A stretch of DNA of 64,000 nt from Longimicrobiales bacterium (GCA_965249725.1 CBDFMQ010000001.1:288001-352000), one strand, 5' to 3'; shown: positions 29,085 through 40,470, counted from the first letter of the stretch. Made by a program: numbers and translations. Notes: a model not told the origin generated them from the sequence alone.

Positions 29085-31286
29085 ATGAAGAAGCTGCTCC
29101 TCGCACTCGCACTGATCACCTTCGCGTGCGCCCCCGGCGAATCCTCCGAAGAGGTTGCCCGCTGGGAGGCACGTGCCGCGGGGATCACGATCATCCGGGA
29201 CGACTGGGGCGTGCCGCACATCTACGGAGAGACGGACGCGGATGCGGTCTTTGGGCTCATGTACGCTCAGGCCGAGGACGACTTCAACCGCATCGAGGTG
29301 AACTTCCTCAACTCGCAGGGGCGACTCGCGGAAGCGGAGGGCGAGGCCGAGGTCTGGCGGGACCTACGGATGAAGCTCTTCATCGACCCGGCCGACACGC
29401 AGGATCTGTACGCCGACAGTCCGGAGTGGTTGAAGGACCTCATGGATGCTTGGGCGGACGGCCTGAACTACTACCTGCACACCCATCCCGAAGTCGAGCC
29501 GAGGGTGCTTGCCCGGTTCGAGCCGTGGATGGCACTGACCTTCAGCGAAGGCAGCATCGGTGGGGACATCGAGCGGGTGAATCTCGGGCTGCTCGAGGAT
29601 TTCTACGGAAATCCCGAGGGCCAGATGTCTTCCGTCATCCAGGTCGATGAGATCGACGACGTCTCGGGCGCGCGTCTGGCCCTGGATCGTTCGCCGGTCG
29701 GACGGGTCGCGAGCGCCCTGGTCGAGCCCGACCCCTTCGTCGAGCCGGAAGGGTCGAACGGATTTGCCATCGCCCCCGCCAACACGGTGAACGGGAACGC
29801 ACTCCTGCTCATCAACCCGCACACCTCCTTCTTCTTTCGCCACGAGGCGCACGTGGTCAGTGAGGAAGGGCTCAATGCCTACGGCGCTCTCACCTGGGGA
29901 CAGTTCTTCATCTACCAGGGCTTCAACGAGACTACGGGGTGGATGCACACCTCTAGCGGCGTTGACAACATCGACGAGTACCTCGAGACGGTCGTGGAGC
30001 GCGACGGACAGCTCGTCTATCGCTACGGAGAGGAAGAGCGGGAGGTTGAGACGCGAACCGTGTCGGTGCCCTACCAGACTGCCGGCGGCATGGCCGAGCG
30101 TGAGTTCACGGTCTATCGCACGCACCACGGACCCATCGTGCGCGCTGTGGACGGTCGCTGGGTGAGTGTGGCGCTCATGGAGGAGCCAATGCGGGCGCTC
30201 GTGCAGTCGTACGCTCGAACCAAAGCGACCAACTACGACAGCTTCGTCGAGACGATGTCGACGCACACGAACTCCTCGAACAACACCGTGTTCGCAGACG
30301 CCGAAGGCAACATCGCCTACTTCCACTCGAACTTCATTCCGATTCGGGACACGAACTTCAACTGGCTCGAACCCGTGGACGGCAGTGATCCGGCCACGGA
30401 TTGGCAGGGCGTGCACACCCTCGAAGAGACCCCGGGGTCCCACAATCCGTCGAACGGGTGGATTCAGAACACCAACAACTGGCCATTCTCCGTGAGTGGG
30501 GCGACGAGTCCGAATCGGGACGACTTCCCGGTCTACGTCCAGCGCAGCGGGGAGAATGCCCGGGGACTACACGCCATCCGCGTGCTCGAAGGGAAGACGG
30601 ACTTCACGCTTCAAAGCCTGATCGCCGCCGCGTACGACAGTTATCTGACGTGGTTCGAGCCGATGCTCCCGGCACTGGTGCGAGACTACGACGCCCTCCC
30701 CGCGTCCGACGCTCGCAAGGGCCAGCTTGCGGATCCGATCGCCCTGCTGAGGGACTGGGATCTACGCTGGGGCGCCCAGTCGGTCGAGACGTCGTTGGCG
30801 GTGTTCTGGGCCGACGCGCTCCCGCGTCAGGGTACCGACGACGCGGGCGTTCGGCTGGAGGCATTGGCCTCCGCGACGGAGCGTCTGACCGAGGACTTCG
30901 GCAGCTGGCGAACGCCTTGGGGGGAGATCAACCGGTTCCAGAGGCTCACCGGAGACATCGTTCAACCGTTCAACGACGATGGGCCGAGCACGCCCGTCGC
31001 CTTTACGTCCTCGCGCTACGGCTCGCTCGCCTCGTTCGGGGCACGGCCGTACGAAGGCACCAAGAGGTGGTATGGCACTAGCGGCAACAGCTTCGTGGCC
31101 GTGGTGGAGTTCGGCGACCGTCTACGGGCTCGAGCCGTGACCGCCGGTGGGCTGAACGACCAACCGTCGTCTCCGCATTTCAACGATCAGGCGGAACGGT
31201 ACGCCCAAGGGAACCTCCGCGACGTCCGGTTTTATCGTGAGGACGTCGAGGCGAACGCCGAGCGGGAGTATCGTCCGGGGGGCTGA
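29085..31286 (+). CDS. Penicillin acylase family (S45 Ntn hydrolase) lipoprotein
   Basis: Lipobox TFAC; IIRDDWGVPHIYG, YAQAEDD, G-SNGFAIAP (beta-chain Ser nucleophile), NPHT. Confidence 0.9.
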   Translation: MKKLLLALALITFACAPGESSEEVARWEARAAGITIIRDDWGVPHIYGETDADAVFGLMYAQAEDDFNRIEVNFLNSQGRLAEAEGEAEVWRDLRMKLFIDPADTQDLYADSPEWLKDLMDAWADGLNYYLHTHPEVEPRVLARFEPWMALTFSEGSIGGDIERVNLGLLEDFYGNPEGQMSSVIQVDEIDDVSGARLALDRSPVGRVASALVEPDPFVEPEGSNGFAIAPANTVNGNALLLINPHTSFFFRHEAHVVSEEGLNAYGALTWGQFFIYQGFNETTGWMHTSSGVDNIDEYLETVVERDGQLVYRYGEEEREVETRTVSVPYQTAGGMAEREFTVYRTHHGPIVRAVDGRWVSVALMEEPMRALVQSYARTKATNYDSFVETMSTHTNSSNNTVFADAEGNIAYFHSNFIPIRDTNFNWLEPVDGSDPATDWQGVHTLEETPGSHNPSNGWIQNTNNWPFSVSGATSPNRDDFPVYVQRSGENARGLHAIRVLEGKTDFTLQSLIAAAYDSYLTWFEPMLPALVRDYDALPASDARKGQLADPIALLRDWDLRWGAQSVETSLAVFWADALPRQGTDDAGVRLEALASATERLTEDFGSWRTPWGEINRFQRLTGDIVQPFNDDGPSTPVAFTSSRYGSLASFGARPYEGTKRWYGTSGNSFVAVVEFGDRLRARAVTAGGLNDQPSSPHFNDQAERYAQGNLRDVRFYREDVEANAEREYRPGG

Positions 31287-31312
31287 GGGTCGATGGGTGT
31301 CCCCGCCCCGGC

Positions 31313-31732
31313 CTATCGCCGAAACACGAAGATCGTGTTGTCCGACCGGAGCGACACCGTCTCGGATGTCACGAGCCCGGTGTCGACGCTCCCATTCGGA
31401 TAACTGACCGTGATCGCTCCGTAACCGTAGGTGTACTCACAGTCCACGGAGTCGTTTGCCGTCGTCGAGACGCCGTCCTCGGTGGTGATCAGCGTGAGTG
31501 AGACGCGGCACCCCGTACCGGAGCTGATGGTCAGGTTTCCCGCCGTCACTTCCGTCCTGACCGGACCCAAGCTGAGCAGCCTCCACGGAAGGGGTGCTCC
31601 GTTCACCGACTCGAGGGCATAGCTACCGATCAGGTCGACTTCGACGGGCCCTGTCCCGTCTCCGCGGCAGCTCATCAACGTGAGGGCCGAGAACACGACG
31701 AGTATCGTGCGGTGCATGGAGTCCACTCTCAT
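31313..31732 (-). CDS. Small beta-rich lipoprotein
   Basis: Lipobox LMSC; GSYALESVNGAPLP...IFVFRR. Confidence 0.65.
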   Translation of the reverse strand: MRVDSMHRTILVVFSALTLMSCRGDGTGPVEVDLIGSYALESVNGAPLPWRLLSLGPVRTEVTAGNLTISSGTGCRVSLTLITTEDGVSTTANDSVDCEYTYGYGAITVSYPNGSVDTGLVTSETVSLRSDNTIFVFRR

Positions 31733-31880
31733 CGGTCCACCCGGGGCGGGCAAACGCTTCCGTTCAGCGTAGGGGCCCGTAGCCAGGTGAGGCAAGCGGG
31801 AACTCGACCACCTGCCAACGCGTTCGTAGCGTGACGCCGAGACGGTAGACTGCAGGATAACGTGGCCCGTGCCGAGAATC

Positions 31881-33011
31881 ATGCGACAGACACTCGCCAA
31901 GAACATCTTTGGGGCTGCAACACTAGCCCTCGCCACGCTGACGCTGGCGTGTGGCGATTCTCCGGTCGCGACGAGCTTCCCCAAGCTCGAGCGCGAGGCA
32001 GACGGCACCTGCAGCATCCCGGAGGATGAGATCTTCTCGGGTGGAGTCCGCCGTGACGGGATTCCAGCCTTGTCCGATCCGCCCCTCGTGAGCCCGGATC
32101 ACCCCGACGCCACGTACGTGCGGTCATGGGATCGGGTGATCGGGATGGAGATCGACGACACCTACATCGCGGTTCCTCACAACATTCTGTGGTGGCACGA
32201 AATCGTGAACTTCAGTGCGCTCTCGAAGCCGTTGGCCGTGACCTATTGCCCGTTGACTGGATCGAGCATGGTCTTCGACCGGACTGCCGCGGGTGGGGCG
32301 GAATTCGGGGTGTCGGGGCTGCTCTTCCAGAACAACCTGATTCTGTACGACCGCTCCGAGGAGCAATCGCTGTGGCCGCAGATGTTGCGGGGTGCACGCT
32401 GCGGACCGCGCGACGGCCAGCAGTTGGAGATGGTGCCTTCGATCGAGATGCGTTGGGACGCGTGGGTGGGATTGCATCCGGACACAAAGGTCATCGGAAT
32501 CAGCAGCGGCCTCAACCGAAACTACCAGCAATACCCTTACGGAGACTACGAGAGCCTGAACAACGAGAGGACGTTGTTCCCGCAGGACAACTTCGACGGA
32601 CGGCGTCCGCCCAAAGAGCGCGTGCTGGGGATTCCGTTTGCATCAGGCGGTGGGATGGCGTTCCCGTTCACGGCCCTGGACTCGGGGGGAGACCGGTTGG
32701 TGGTGCACTCCCAGGCCGAAGGCGACGACATCGTCGTCTTCTGGGACCGCGACTCCAAGGCGGCCGTGGCGTTCGAGGCCACGCTCGACGGTCAGGCGTT
32801 GGAGTTCGAGCTCTCCGAGGGACGCTACGTGGACCTCGAAACCGGGAGCGAGTGGACCCTGGACGGTCGCGCGATCTCGGGAGCCTTGGAGGGGCGGCGA
32901 CTCGTCCAGATATCGGACGCGTACGTGGCGTTCTGGTTCGCATGGGCCGCCTTCGTTCCCGGCACGGATCTTTGGCTATCCCAGAGGCCCGTTCCCGGGC
33001 TGACGAACTAG
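31881..33011 (+). CDS. DUF3179 family lipoprotein
   Basis: Lipobox TLAC; SGGVRRDGIPALSDP, WHEIVN, VTYCPLTGS, FGVSGLLFQNNLILYDR, FWFAWAAF. Confidence 0.85.
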   Translation: MRQTLAKNIFGAATLALATLTLACGDSPVATSFPKLEREADGTCSIPEDEIFSGGVRRDGIPALSDPPLVSPDHPDATYVRSWDRVIGMEIDDTYIAVPHNILWWHEIVNFSALSKPLAVTYCPLTGSSMVFDRTAAGGAEFGVSGLLFQNNLILYDRSEEQSLWPQMLRGARCGPRDGQQLEMVPSIEMRWDAWVGLHPDTKVIGISSGLNRNYQQYPYGDYESLNNERTLFPQDNFDGRRPPKERVLGIPFASGGGMAFPFTALDSGGDRLVVHSQAEGDDIVVFWDRDSKAAVAFEATLDGQALEFELSEGRYVDLETGSEWTLDGRAISGALEGRRLVQISDAYVAFWFAWAAFVPGTDLWLSQRPVPGLTN

Positions 33012-33149
33012 AGGCGGCCACCCCGGTACCCCGGTGGATCGCCCCACAAAGGGGTGGCGTCCTGTTCTCGCTCGCCACAGCTTATCCAACCGAGTCCGCG
33101 TCGGAGACTCCTCCGAACCTCAAACGATCAGTCGCTCCGCCTGGCACCC

Positions 33150-35204
33150 ATGCCCGTAGACCCCAATCCCCTCCTTCTGGAAGTCGAGCGAGCGCCCTTC
33201 GATCAGATCGAGGCGTCTCACGTGGTGCCGGGTGTACGTCAGATTCTGAGTGATGCGCGCGCGGCCATCGAAGAGCTTTGCTCGAGACCTCTCCCACCGA
33301 CCTATGAGGATACGATCCGGCGTCTCGACGACGTGATGGAAAGAGTGAAGACGCGGGTCGGTCCTGTGACACATCTTCTGTCCGTTGCTGAAACGCCAGA
33401 GCTTCGGGAGGCCTTCAATGAGGTGCTGCCCGAGATCACCGAGTTCTGGACTCGTATCACGTTGAACGAGGTGTTGTGGAGCCGCCTGAAGTCCTTCGCC
33501 GAGACCGCTGAGGGAGAGGGGCTCGATGGCATCCGGAAGCGCCACCTCGAGACGGTGTTGAGGGATTTCCGTAGGGCCGGCGCCGACTTTAGGGCCGGCG
33601 CCGACCTCTCGCCCGAGGGTAAGGACCAGCTCAGTGCCGTTCGCCTGGAAATCTCCCAACTCCAGCGCAAGTTCTCGGAGAACGTCCTCGATGCCACCAA
33701 TGCCTACACTCTGTTGGTGACGGACGAGGCCCGCCTCGATGGAATTCCGGTCGCGGACCAAGAACAGGCGAGGCAGAAGGCCAGCGATATCGGCAGGCAG
33801 GGCTGGCTTCTCACCCTCGATTATCCATCGTTCGAACCGGTCGTCAAGTACGCCACGGACGGGAGTCTGCGCAAAGAGCTGTTCGACGCCTATGTATCGC
33901 GCTGTCGTGACGGAGAGTTCTCCAATGTGGAAGCCATCCGTCGCCTCCTGGAGCTCCGAAGGGAGCTCGCCGAAGTACTGGGTTACTCCGACTTCCCGGA
34001 CTTCCGCCTCGAGGATCACATGGCGAAGACGGGACAGGCGGCGTTCGAGTTCGTCGAAGAGCTGACCGGCCGAACGCGTCCCTATTGGGAGCGCGATCAA
34101 GGGGAACTCCGGGAGCATGCGAAGGCGCTCGGCCTCGAGGACCTCTATCCTTGGGATGCGGCTTTCGTCAGTGAGGACCTGCGGCGTGCCCGCTACGACA
34201 TCGATGACGAGGTGATCCGGCCGTTCTTCCCGCTGGAGCGTGTATTGGACGGCCTGTTCGAGGTGGCGAGGCGTGTGTTCGGCCTTGCCGTGCAACCCCG
34301 TGAAATCAAAGAGGTCTGGCACCGGGACGTCCTCTTCTACGACCTGTTGGACGAGAACGACGGAACGCGCCTGGGGTCGTTTTACGCGGATTGGCATCCT
34401 CGTCGCGAAAAGCGACAGGGTGCCTGGATGAACGACCTGGCCACCGGAGGGCCGACCGAAGACGGCTTCCGGCCGCACATGGGGATCATCGCCGGCAATC
34501 TCACGCCCCCCAAGGGTGAGATTCCCTCTTTGCTGACGCATAGGGAGGTCGAGACGATCTTCCACGAGTTCGGGCACCTTCTCCACCACCTGACCTCACG
34601 TGTGCCCATCGCGCCGATGGCGGGCATCAACGTGGCCTGGGATTTCGTGGAACTCCCGTCACAGATCATGGAAAATTGGACGTGGGAGGAGGAGGCGCTG
34701 CCCCTCTTCTCGGGCCACTATGAGACGGGCGAGCCGCTCCCGGAGGAGCTCTATGCGCGACTCAAGCGGGCGCGCCGGTTCATGGGCGGCTGGAGGCAGA
34801 TGCGGCAGCTCGCGTTCGGTTTCCTCGACCTTCGACTTCATCGGGACGACGTGTTGCCGGCAGACGCAGACGTAATGGCGCGCATCGAGGAGCTTCTCGG
34901 GGGCTACATGCCGTGCCCGACCTTCGCGAGTGCCCACACGACGACGTCGTTCACGCACGTCTTCTCGGGTGGCTATGCGGCCGCCTACTACTCGTACTTA
35001 TGGTCCGAGGTGCTAGAGGCTGACGCGTTCGGGAGGTTCAAGGAGGAGGGCATCTTCAACCGCGAGGTCGGAAGGGCTTACCTGGACTGCATCCTGACCA
35101 GGGGTGACAGCGATGAGCCTGAGATCCTATTCCAGGATTTCATGGGCCGGGACCCCGATCAGCAGGCTCTTCTCGAGCGGAATCTCGGGCCGCCGCTGGA
35201 GTAG
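33150..35204 (+). CDS. prlC: Oligopeptidase A (M3 family)
   Basis: KRQGAWM, FHEFGHLLH, WDFVELPSQIMENW, GGYAAAYYSYLWSEVL. Confidence 0.88.
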   Translation: MPVDPNPLLLEVERAPFDQIEASHVVPGVRQILSDARAAIEELCSRPLPPTYEDTIRRLDDVMERVKTRVGPVTHLLSVAETPELREAFNEVLPEITEFWTRITLNEVLWSRLKSFAETAEGEGLDGIRKRHLETVLRDFRRAGADFRAGADLSPEGKDQLSAVRLEISQLQRKFSENVLDATNAYTLLVTDEARLDGIPVADQEQARQKASDIGRQGWLLTLDYPSFEPVVKYATDGSLRKELFDAYVSRCRDGEFSNVEAIRRLLELRRELAEVLGYSDFPDFRLEDHMAKTGQAAFEFVEELTGRTRPYWERDQGELREHAKALGLEDLYPWDAAFVSEDLRRARYDIDDEVIRPFFPLERVLDGLFEVARRVFGLAVQPREIKEVWHRDVLFYDLLDENDGTRLGSFYADWHPRREKRQGAWMNDLATGGPTEDGFRPHMGIIAGNLTPPKGEIPSLLTHREVETIFHEFGHLLHHLTSRVPIAPMAGINVAWDFVELPSQIMENWTWEEEALPLFSGHYETGEPLPEELYARLKRARRFMGGWRQMRQLAFGFLDLRLHRDDVLPADADVMARIEELLGGYMPCPTFASAHTTTSFTHVFSGGYAAAYYSYLWSEVLEADAFGRFKEEGIFNREVGRAYLDCILTRGDSDEPEILFQDFMGRDPDQQALLERNLGPPLE

Positions 35205-35251
35205 GCCGTCGAGTTCTCCTCGCCGTCGTGGAAAACCGGGCTTTTCGGGCC

Positions 35252-35280
35252 TTGATGACGGTTTATCGAGTGGTTAGCTT
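35252..35280 (+). promoter_or_regulatory. Sigma70-like promoter of the tRNA-tuf operon
   Basis: TTGATG-17 bp-TAGCTT. Confidence 0.55.
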
Positions 35281-35357
35281 ATCAAGCTCGCCTGGAAAAG
35301 GCCGCCTATGTGAGGCGGCTTGCTTTGTTCCGGGGTAGAGGCCTCGAAGCCGTAGCC

Positions 35358-35439
35358 GGTGGGGTACCGAAGCGGTCAAACGGGGCAGACTGTAAATCTG
35401 CTGGCTTAGCCTTCGTAGGTTCGAATCCTACCCCCACCA
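35358..35439 (+). tRNA. tRNA-Tyr(GTA)
   Basis: GGTGGGG acceptor, GCAGA-CTGTAAA-TCTGC anticodon arm, long variable arm, GGTTCGAATCC; CCA not encoded. Confidence 0.95.
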
Positions 35440-35466
35440 CTTGAGTCCCTTGAGAACGATGGCTTT

Positions 35467-35540
35467 GCGGGAGTAGCTCAGTTGGCTAGAGCATCAGCCT
35501 TCCAAGCTGAGGGTCGCGGGTTCGAGTCCCGTCTCCCGCT
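35467..35540 (+). tRNA. tRNA-Gly(TCC)
   Basis: GCGGGAG acceptor, TCAGC-CTTCCAA-GCTGA, GGTTCGAGTCC. Confidence 0.95.
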
Positions 35541-35553
35541 CTATACGGATGGC

Positions 35554-35625
35554 GCTCCGATAGCTCAGTGGTAGAGCGCCTCCTTGGTAAGGAGGAGGTC
35601 CCGGGTTCAAATCCCGGTCGGAGCT
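35554..35625 (+). tRNA. tRNA-Thr(GGT)
   Basis: GCTCCGA acceptor, CCTCC-TTGGTAA-GGAGG, GGTTCAAATCC. Confidence 0.95.
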
Positions 35626-35653
35626 CTGTAGGAGCTTTGTAGGAGCTTTGTAG
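35621..35653 (+). repeat. Three 11-bp tandem repeats starting in the tRNA-Thr 3' end
   Basis: GAGCTCTGTAG GAGCTTTGTAG GAGCTTTGTAG. Confidence 0.8.
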
Positions 35654-35703
35654 GTGTTGCGGGCACACAACTAAGGAAGCGGTCAAACCCAACGAGGGGA
35701 ATA

Positions 35704-36894
<1,191 letters not shown>

Positions 36895-36897
36895 GTA

Positions 36898-36989
36898 GGG
36901 ATTCGCATTTGATCGCGCCGCGACTCGGAGCTAACGCAGCTGCCGCTTCGCGGCAGACCCTCGCTGCGGCGCGATCAAATCCGAATCCC
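36898..36989. repeat. Long inverted repeat with nested hairpin
   Basis: GGGATTCGCATTTGATCGCGCCGC / GCGGCGCGATCAAATCCGAATCCC with inner CTGCCGC-TTC-GCGGCAG. Confidence 0.75.
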
Positions 36990-37075
36990 TCGGACATAGC
37001 GAGATATCCGGGAAGGCGCCCAACAGTGCGCTCGCTTCCGGACGCTTACTGAGGGCTTTGGCGGGAAAATAGAGA

Positions 37076-37228
37076 ATGGCTAGAGATAAGATCATCCTCG
37101 CTTGCACGGAATGCGAGGAGCGGAACTACAGCACGAAGAAGAACAAGCGGCTGCATCCGGAGCGGGTGGAGCAGCGCAAGTATTGCCCGCGGTGCAAGAC
37201 GCACACGGCGCACAAAGAGACTAAGTAA
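37076..37228 (+). CDS. rpmG: 50S ribosomal protein L33 (Zn-binding form; not in the ORF track)
   Basis: [50 protein letters not shown]. Confidence 0.97.
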   Translation: MARDKIILACTECEERNYSTKKNKRLHPERVEQRKYCPRCKTHTAHKETK

Positions 37229-37231
37229 CAC

Positions 37232-37444
37232 ATGGCTATAGGCGAGAAAATTACGAGCACTCGGGACTTCGTCGAGGAGTGCTGGGAGGAGTTGGGTAAG
37301 GTTACCTGGCCCGACTACGATCAGCTCAGGAGTGCTACCCTGGTGGTTATCGCCTTCGTGATCCTCATCTCGGGTATCATCTGGATGATGGATGTGGCTT
37401 CCCGGACGGTGATCGGCTTCATCATGGGCATCTTCGGCGCTTGA
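37232..37444 (+). CDS. secE: Preprotein translocase subunit SecE
   Basis: ELGKVTWP plus a TM helix; synteny. Confidence 0.93.
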   Translation: MAIGEKITSTRDFVEECWEELGKVTWPDYDQLRSATLVVIAFVILISGIIWMMDVASRTVIGFIMGIFGA

Positions 37445-38004
37445 GTGAGACGCGCATGATCATGACCTACTCGAAGTGGTATGCGATTCAGACCTATTCG
37501 GGGCATGAGAACAAGGTCCAGAAGCTCATCCAGCGTCGGATTGAAGAAGAGGTCGACGAGGACGCGAGAGAGATCCGCGACGTCGTTGTTCCGACTCAGG
37601 ACGTGGTCGAGATCCGCAACGGAAAGCGGGTTACGGTCACGAAGCGTCTTTACCCTGGATACGTGTTGGTGAACATGGACCTCAACGAAAGGACCATGCA
37701 CACCATCAACAACATCCAGGGCGTCATCAAGTTCGTAGGTGCCGGAAAGGCGCCCCAGCCTCTACACGAGGAAGAGATCAACAAGATTCTCGGAATCGAG
37801 GTGGAGAAAGAGGACGACGGCACTCAGGAGGAGATCCCCTTCCACGTCGGTCAGGTCGTCGAGGTCACGCAGGGTCCGTTCAGTGACTTCTCCGGCACGA
37901 TCCAAGAGGTCTACGCGGAAAAGGGCAAGGTCAAGGTCGAGGTGTCGCTCTTCGGGCGACCGACTTCGGTGGAATTGGATTACACGCAGCTGAAGGGCTT
38001 CTAG
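37441..38004 (+). CDS. nusG: Transcription antitermination factor NusG
   Basis: KWYAIQTYSGHENKV, YPGYVLV, KOW GPFSDFSG, FGRPTSVEL; start may be ATG 37457. Confidence 0.97.
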   Translation: MSETRMIMTYSKWYAIQTYSGHENKVQKLIQRRIEEEVDEDAREIRDVVVPTQDVVEIRNGKRVTVTKRLYPGYVLVNMDLNERTMHTINNIQGVIKFVGAGKAPQPLHEEEINKILGIEVEKEDDGTQEEIPFHVGQVVEVTQGPFSDFSGTIQEVYAEKGKVKVEVSLFGRPTSVELDYTQLKGF

Positions 38005-38036
38005 AGGCCCTGGCGGCAACGTCTCGGGATTAGAAA

Positions 38037-38462
38037 ATGGCGAAGAAGGTCATCGGTTTCATCAAGCTCCACGTTACGGGCGGCCAGGCGAACCCTGCGC
38101 CCCCCGTCGGCCCCGCACTGGGCCAGCACGGCGTGAACATCATGGAGTTTTGCAAGCAGTTCAACTCCAAGACTCAGCAGCAGCCCGGGGTGACGATTCC
38201 GGTGGAGATCACGGTCTATGCTGACCGGTCCTTCACGTTCATCACCAAGACTCCGCCCGCCTCTTTCCTCATCAAGAAGGCCGCCGGCCTGCAGAAGGCT
38301 TCGGGTGAACCCAACCGCGAGAAGGTGGGCAAGGTCAGCCGGAAACAGTTGGAAGAGATCGCCGAGACCAAGTGGGTAGATCTGAATACGCAGGACATGG
38401 ACGCAGCAGTCCGGATGCTATCCGGCACCGCCCGCTCCATGGGCATTGAAGTTGGAGGATAA
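38037..38462 (+). CDS. rplK: 50S ribosomal protein L11
   Basis: [26 protein letters not shown]. Confidence 0.98.
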   Translation: MAKKVIGFIKLHVTGGQANPAPPVGPALGQHGVNIMEFCKQFNSKTQQQPGVTIPVEITVYADRSFTFITKTPPASFLIKKAAGLQKASGEPNREKVGKVSRKQLEEIAETKWVDLNTQDMDAAVRMLSGTARSMGIEVGG

Positions 38463-38647
38463 CAATACGTAAATCGCCATAAAGGACTTCAGCGGGTCGT
38501 TCGGGATCTTCCCACAGCGACCATCTGAGAGCGAAGCGAACAGCAGGGAGCGAGGAGAAGATACCGCTCGATCCCGCTGCCACAGTCCGCTGACCACCTG
38601 GTGTGAGCCGCCACGGGTGGGAGGATGAACAAGCCGGCTCTAGAGCC

Positions 38648-39349
38648 ATGCCAAAACACGGTAAGAGATTCCGTGACGCCAGGGCCAAGGTGCCTGTAGG
38701 CGTCCAGTTCAAGCCCGACGAGGCGGTCCAGATGGTCAAGGATCTCGCGTCGGCGAAGTTCGACGAGACCGTCGAGGTCGCAACCTGTCTGAACGTCGAT
38801 CCCAGGAAAGCCGATCAGATCGTTCGAGGTACAGTCGTACTCCCCCACGGCACCGGTAAGACCGTTCGGGTGCTCGTGATCGCCCAGGGCGAAAAGGAGA
38901 CCGAGGCTACCGAGGCGGGCGCCGACTATGTGGGCACGGAGTACGTCGACAAGATCCAGCAAGGTTGGATCGATTTCGACGTGTGTGTCGTCACGCCGGA
39001 TCTCATGGGCAAGGTTGGCCCGCTCGGCCGCATTCTCGGTCCACGCGGACTCATGCCGACTCCCAAGAGCGGTACCGTGACGTTCGATGTCGGTCGTGCA
39101 GTCAAAGAGATCAAGGGCGGTAAGATCGAGTATCGCGTCGACAAAACCGGGAATGTGCACTGCCCCATCGGACGCGTGTCGTTCGAGCCGGACCAGCTGA
39201 ACGACAACCTGGGCGCCATCATGGACTCGATCGTTCGTGCCAAGCCGTCAGCGGCCAAGGGCACTTATGTGAAGAGCGTGACGATTTCGAGCACGATGGG
39301 GCCTGGCGTTGCGATTGATCCAAACCTGTTTCTTCGCCGGAGCCTATAG
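38648..39349 (+). CDS. rplA: 50S ribosomal protein L1
   Basis: [34 protein letters not shown]. Confidence 0.98.
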   Translation: MPKHGKRFRDARAKVPVGVQFKPDEAVQMVKDLASAKFDETVEVATCLNVDPRKADQIVRGTVVLPHGTGKTVRVLVIAQGEKETEATEAGADYVGTEYVDKIQQGWIDFDVCVVTPDLMGKVGPLGRILGPRGLMPTPKSGTVTFDVGRAVKEIKGGKIEYRVDKTGNVHCPIGRVSFEPDQLNDNLGAIMDSIVRAKPSAAKGTYVKSVTISSTMGPGVAIDPNLFLRRSL

Positions 39350-39880
39350 ATGAATCGCACGGAAAAAGAAGCCTTCGTCGCGGACTTCCGCGACAAGGTC
39401 GGACAGGCTCCGGTCATGTACCTCACCGACTTCACCGGACTGGATGTGAAGTCGATGACCACGCTGCGGCAGAACCTCAAGGATTCCGGGGCCGAGTACC
39501 TGGTGGTGAAGAACCGCCTGGTTAAGCTTGCCCTGGAAAACCTCGACCTGCCCGACATCACCGAGGTCCTCCTCGGCCCCACCGGGGTCGTGTTGGGCTA
39601 CGAGGGAGTCGTCGAGCCTGCGAAGATCATCAGTGACTTCGCCAAGGAGCACGACGACAAGCCGGTGTTCAAGCTCGGCGTTCTCGACAACAAAGTGGTT
39701 TCGGCCGACGAGATTAAGCGTCTGGCCAAGCTGCCTCCCAGGGAGCAGTTGCTCGCCGAGTTGGCCGGAGCCCTCGAGGCGCCGATGGCCATGCTGGCGA
39801 CCGCTCTGGAGGGCAAGCTCCAGGAGATGTCTGGTCTGCTGGATGCATACAAGCAGCAGAAGGAGGCCGAGGGGGAATAG
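39350..39880 (+). CDS. rplJ: 50S ribosomal protein L10
   Basis: DFTGLDV, VVKNRL, LLGPT, LAKLPPREQLL. Confidence 0.96.
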   Translation: MNRTEKEAFVADFRDKVGQAPVMYLTDFTGLDVKSMTTLRQNLKDSGAEYLVVKNRLVKLALENLDLPDITEVLLGPTGVVLGYEGVVEPAKIISDFAKEHDDKPVFKLGVLDNKVVSADEIKRLAKLPPREQLLAELAGALEAPMAMLATALEGKLQEMSGLLDAYKQQKEAEGE

Positions 39881-39962
39881 CCTCCTGGCATATCAGGTAA
39901 CAACCGGGAATTCACACCCAGCCCTGGGCAGAGACAGGGTGAACTAGGAGAGAGCCACGATC

Positions 39963-40343
39963 ATGGCTACCAATCAAGAAGAGCTTCTCGAGACCATTGG
40001 CAACATGACCGTCCTCGAGCTGTCGGAGTTCGTCGACGCGTTCAAGGACAAGTTCAACGTCACCGCCATGGCCGCCCCCGTAGCCGTTGCAGGCGCGCCT
40101 GCAGCCGGTGGTGCCGAGGCTGCCGAAGAGCAGGATGAGTTCGACGTCGTTCTCGAAGGCATTGGCGACAAGAAGATCCAGGTGATCAAGGTGGTCCGTG
40201 AGGTCACGAGCCTGGGCCTGAAGGAAGCCAAGGAAGTCGTCGACGGAGCCCCCAGCACCGTAAAAGAGGCCGTCACGAAGGACGAGGCGGAGCAGATCAA
40301 GGCGAAGCTGGAGGAGCAGGGCGCTACGGTAGCCCTGAAGTAG
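39963..40343 (+). CDS. rplL: 50S ribosomal protein L7/L12
   Basis: [32 protein letters not shown]. Confidence 0.98.
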   Translation: MATNQEELLETIGNMTVLELSEFVDAFKDKFNVTAMAAPVAVAGAPAAGGAEAAEEQDEFDVVLEGIGDKKIQVIKVVREVTSLGLKEAKEVVDGAPSTVKEAVTKDEAEQIKAKLEEQGATVALK

Positions 40344-40438
40344 GTCACGCCTGTGACGTTACCTCTCGGCTCGGCTGAGAGTCACAAGGTGAGACCCGCC
40401 AGTTTTCGGGATGATCACCAAAGTGCCAACTCGCGTCG

Positions 40439-40470
40439 GCCCCTGGAGACGTACGCGTATGTCTCTGGGG
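40439..40470 (+). terminator. Hairpin in the rplL-rpoB spacer (possible attenuator)
   Basis: CCCTGGAGACGTAC / GTATGTCTCTGGGG stem followed by a T-rich tract. Confidence 0.45.

Noticed and set aside
31881..33011. Possible selenoprotein (DUF3179 family)
   Set aside because: The motif has Cys (TYCPL) and there is no in-frame TGA.
37229..37231. Expected tRNA-Trp between rpmG and secE
   Set aside because: Only a 3-bp gap, so no tRNA is present; its absence is ordinary gene-order variation.
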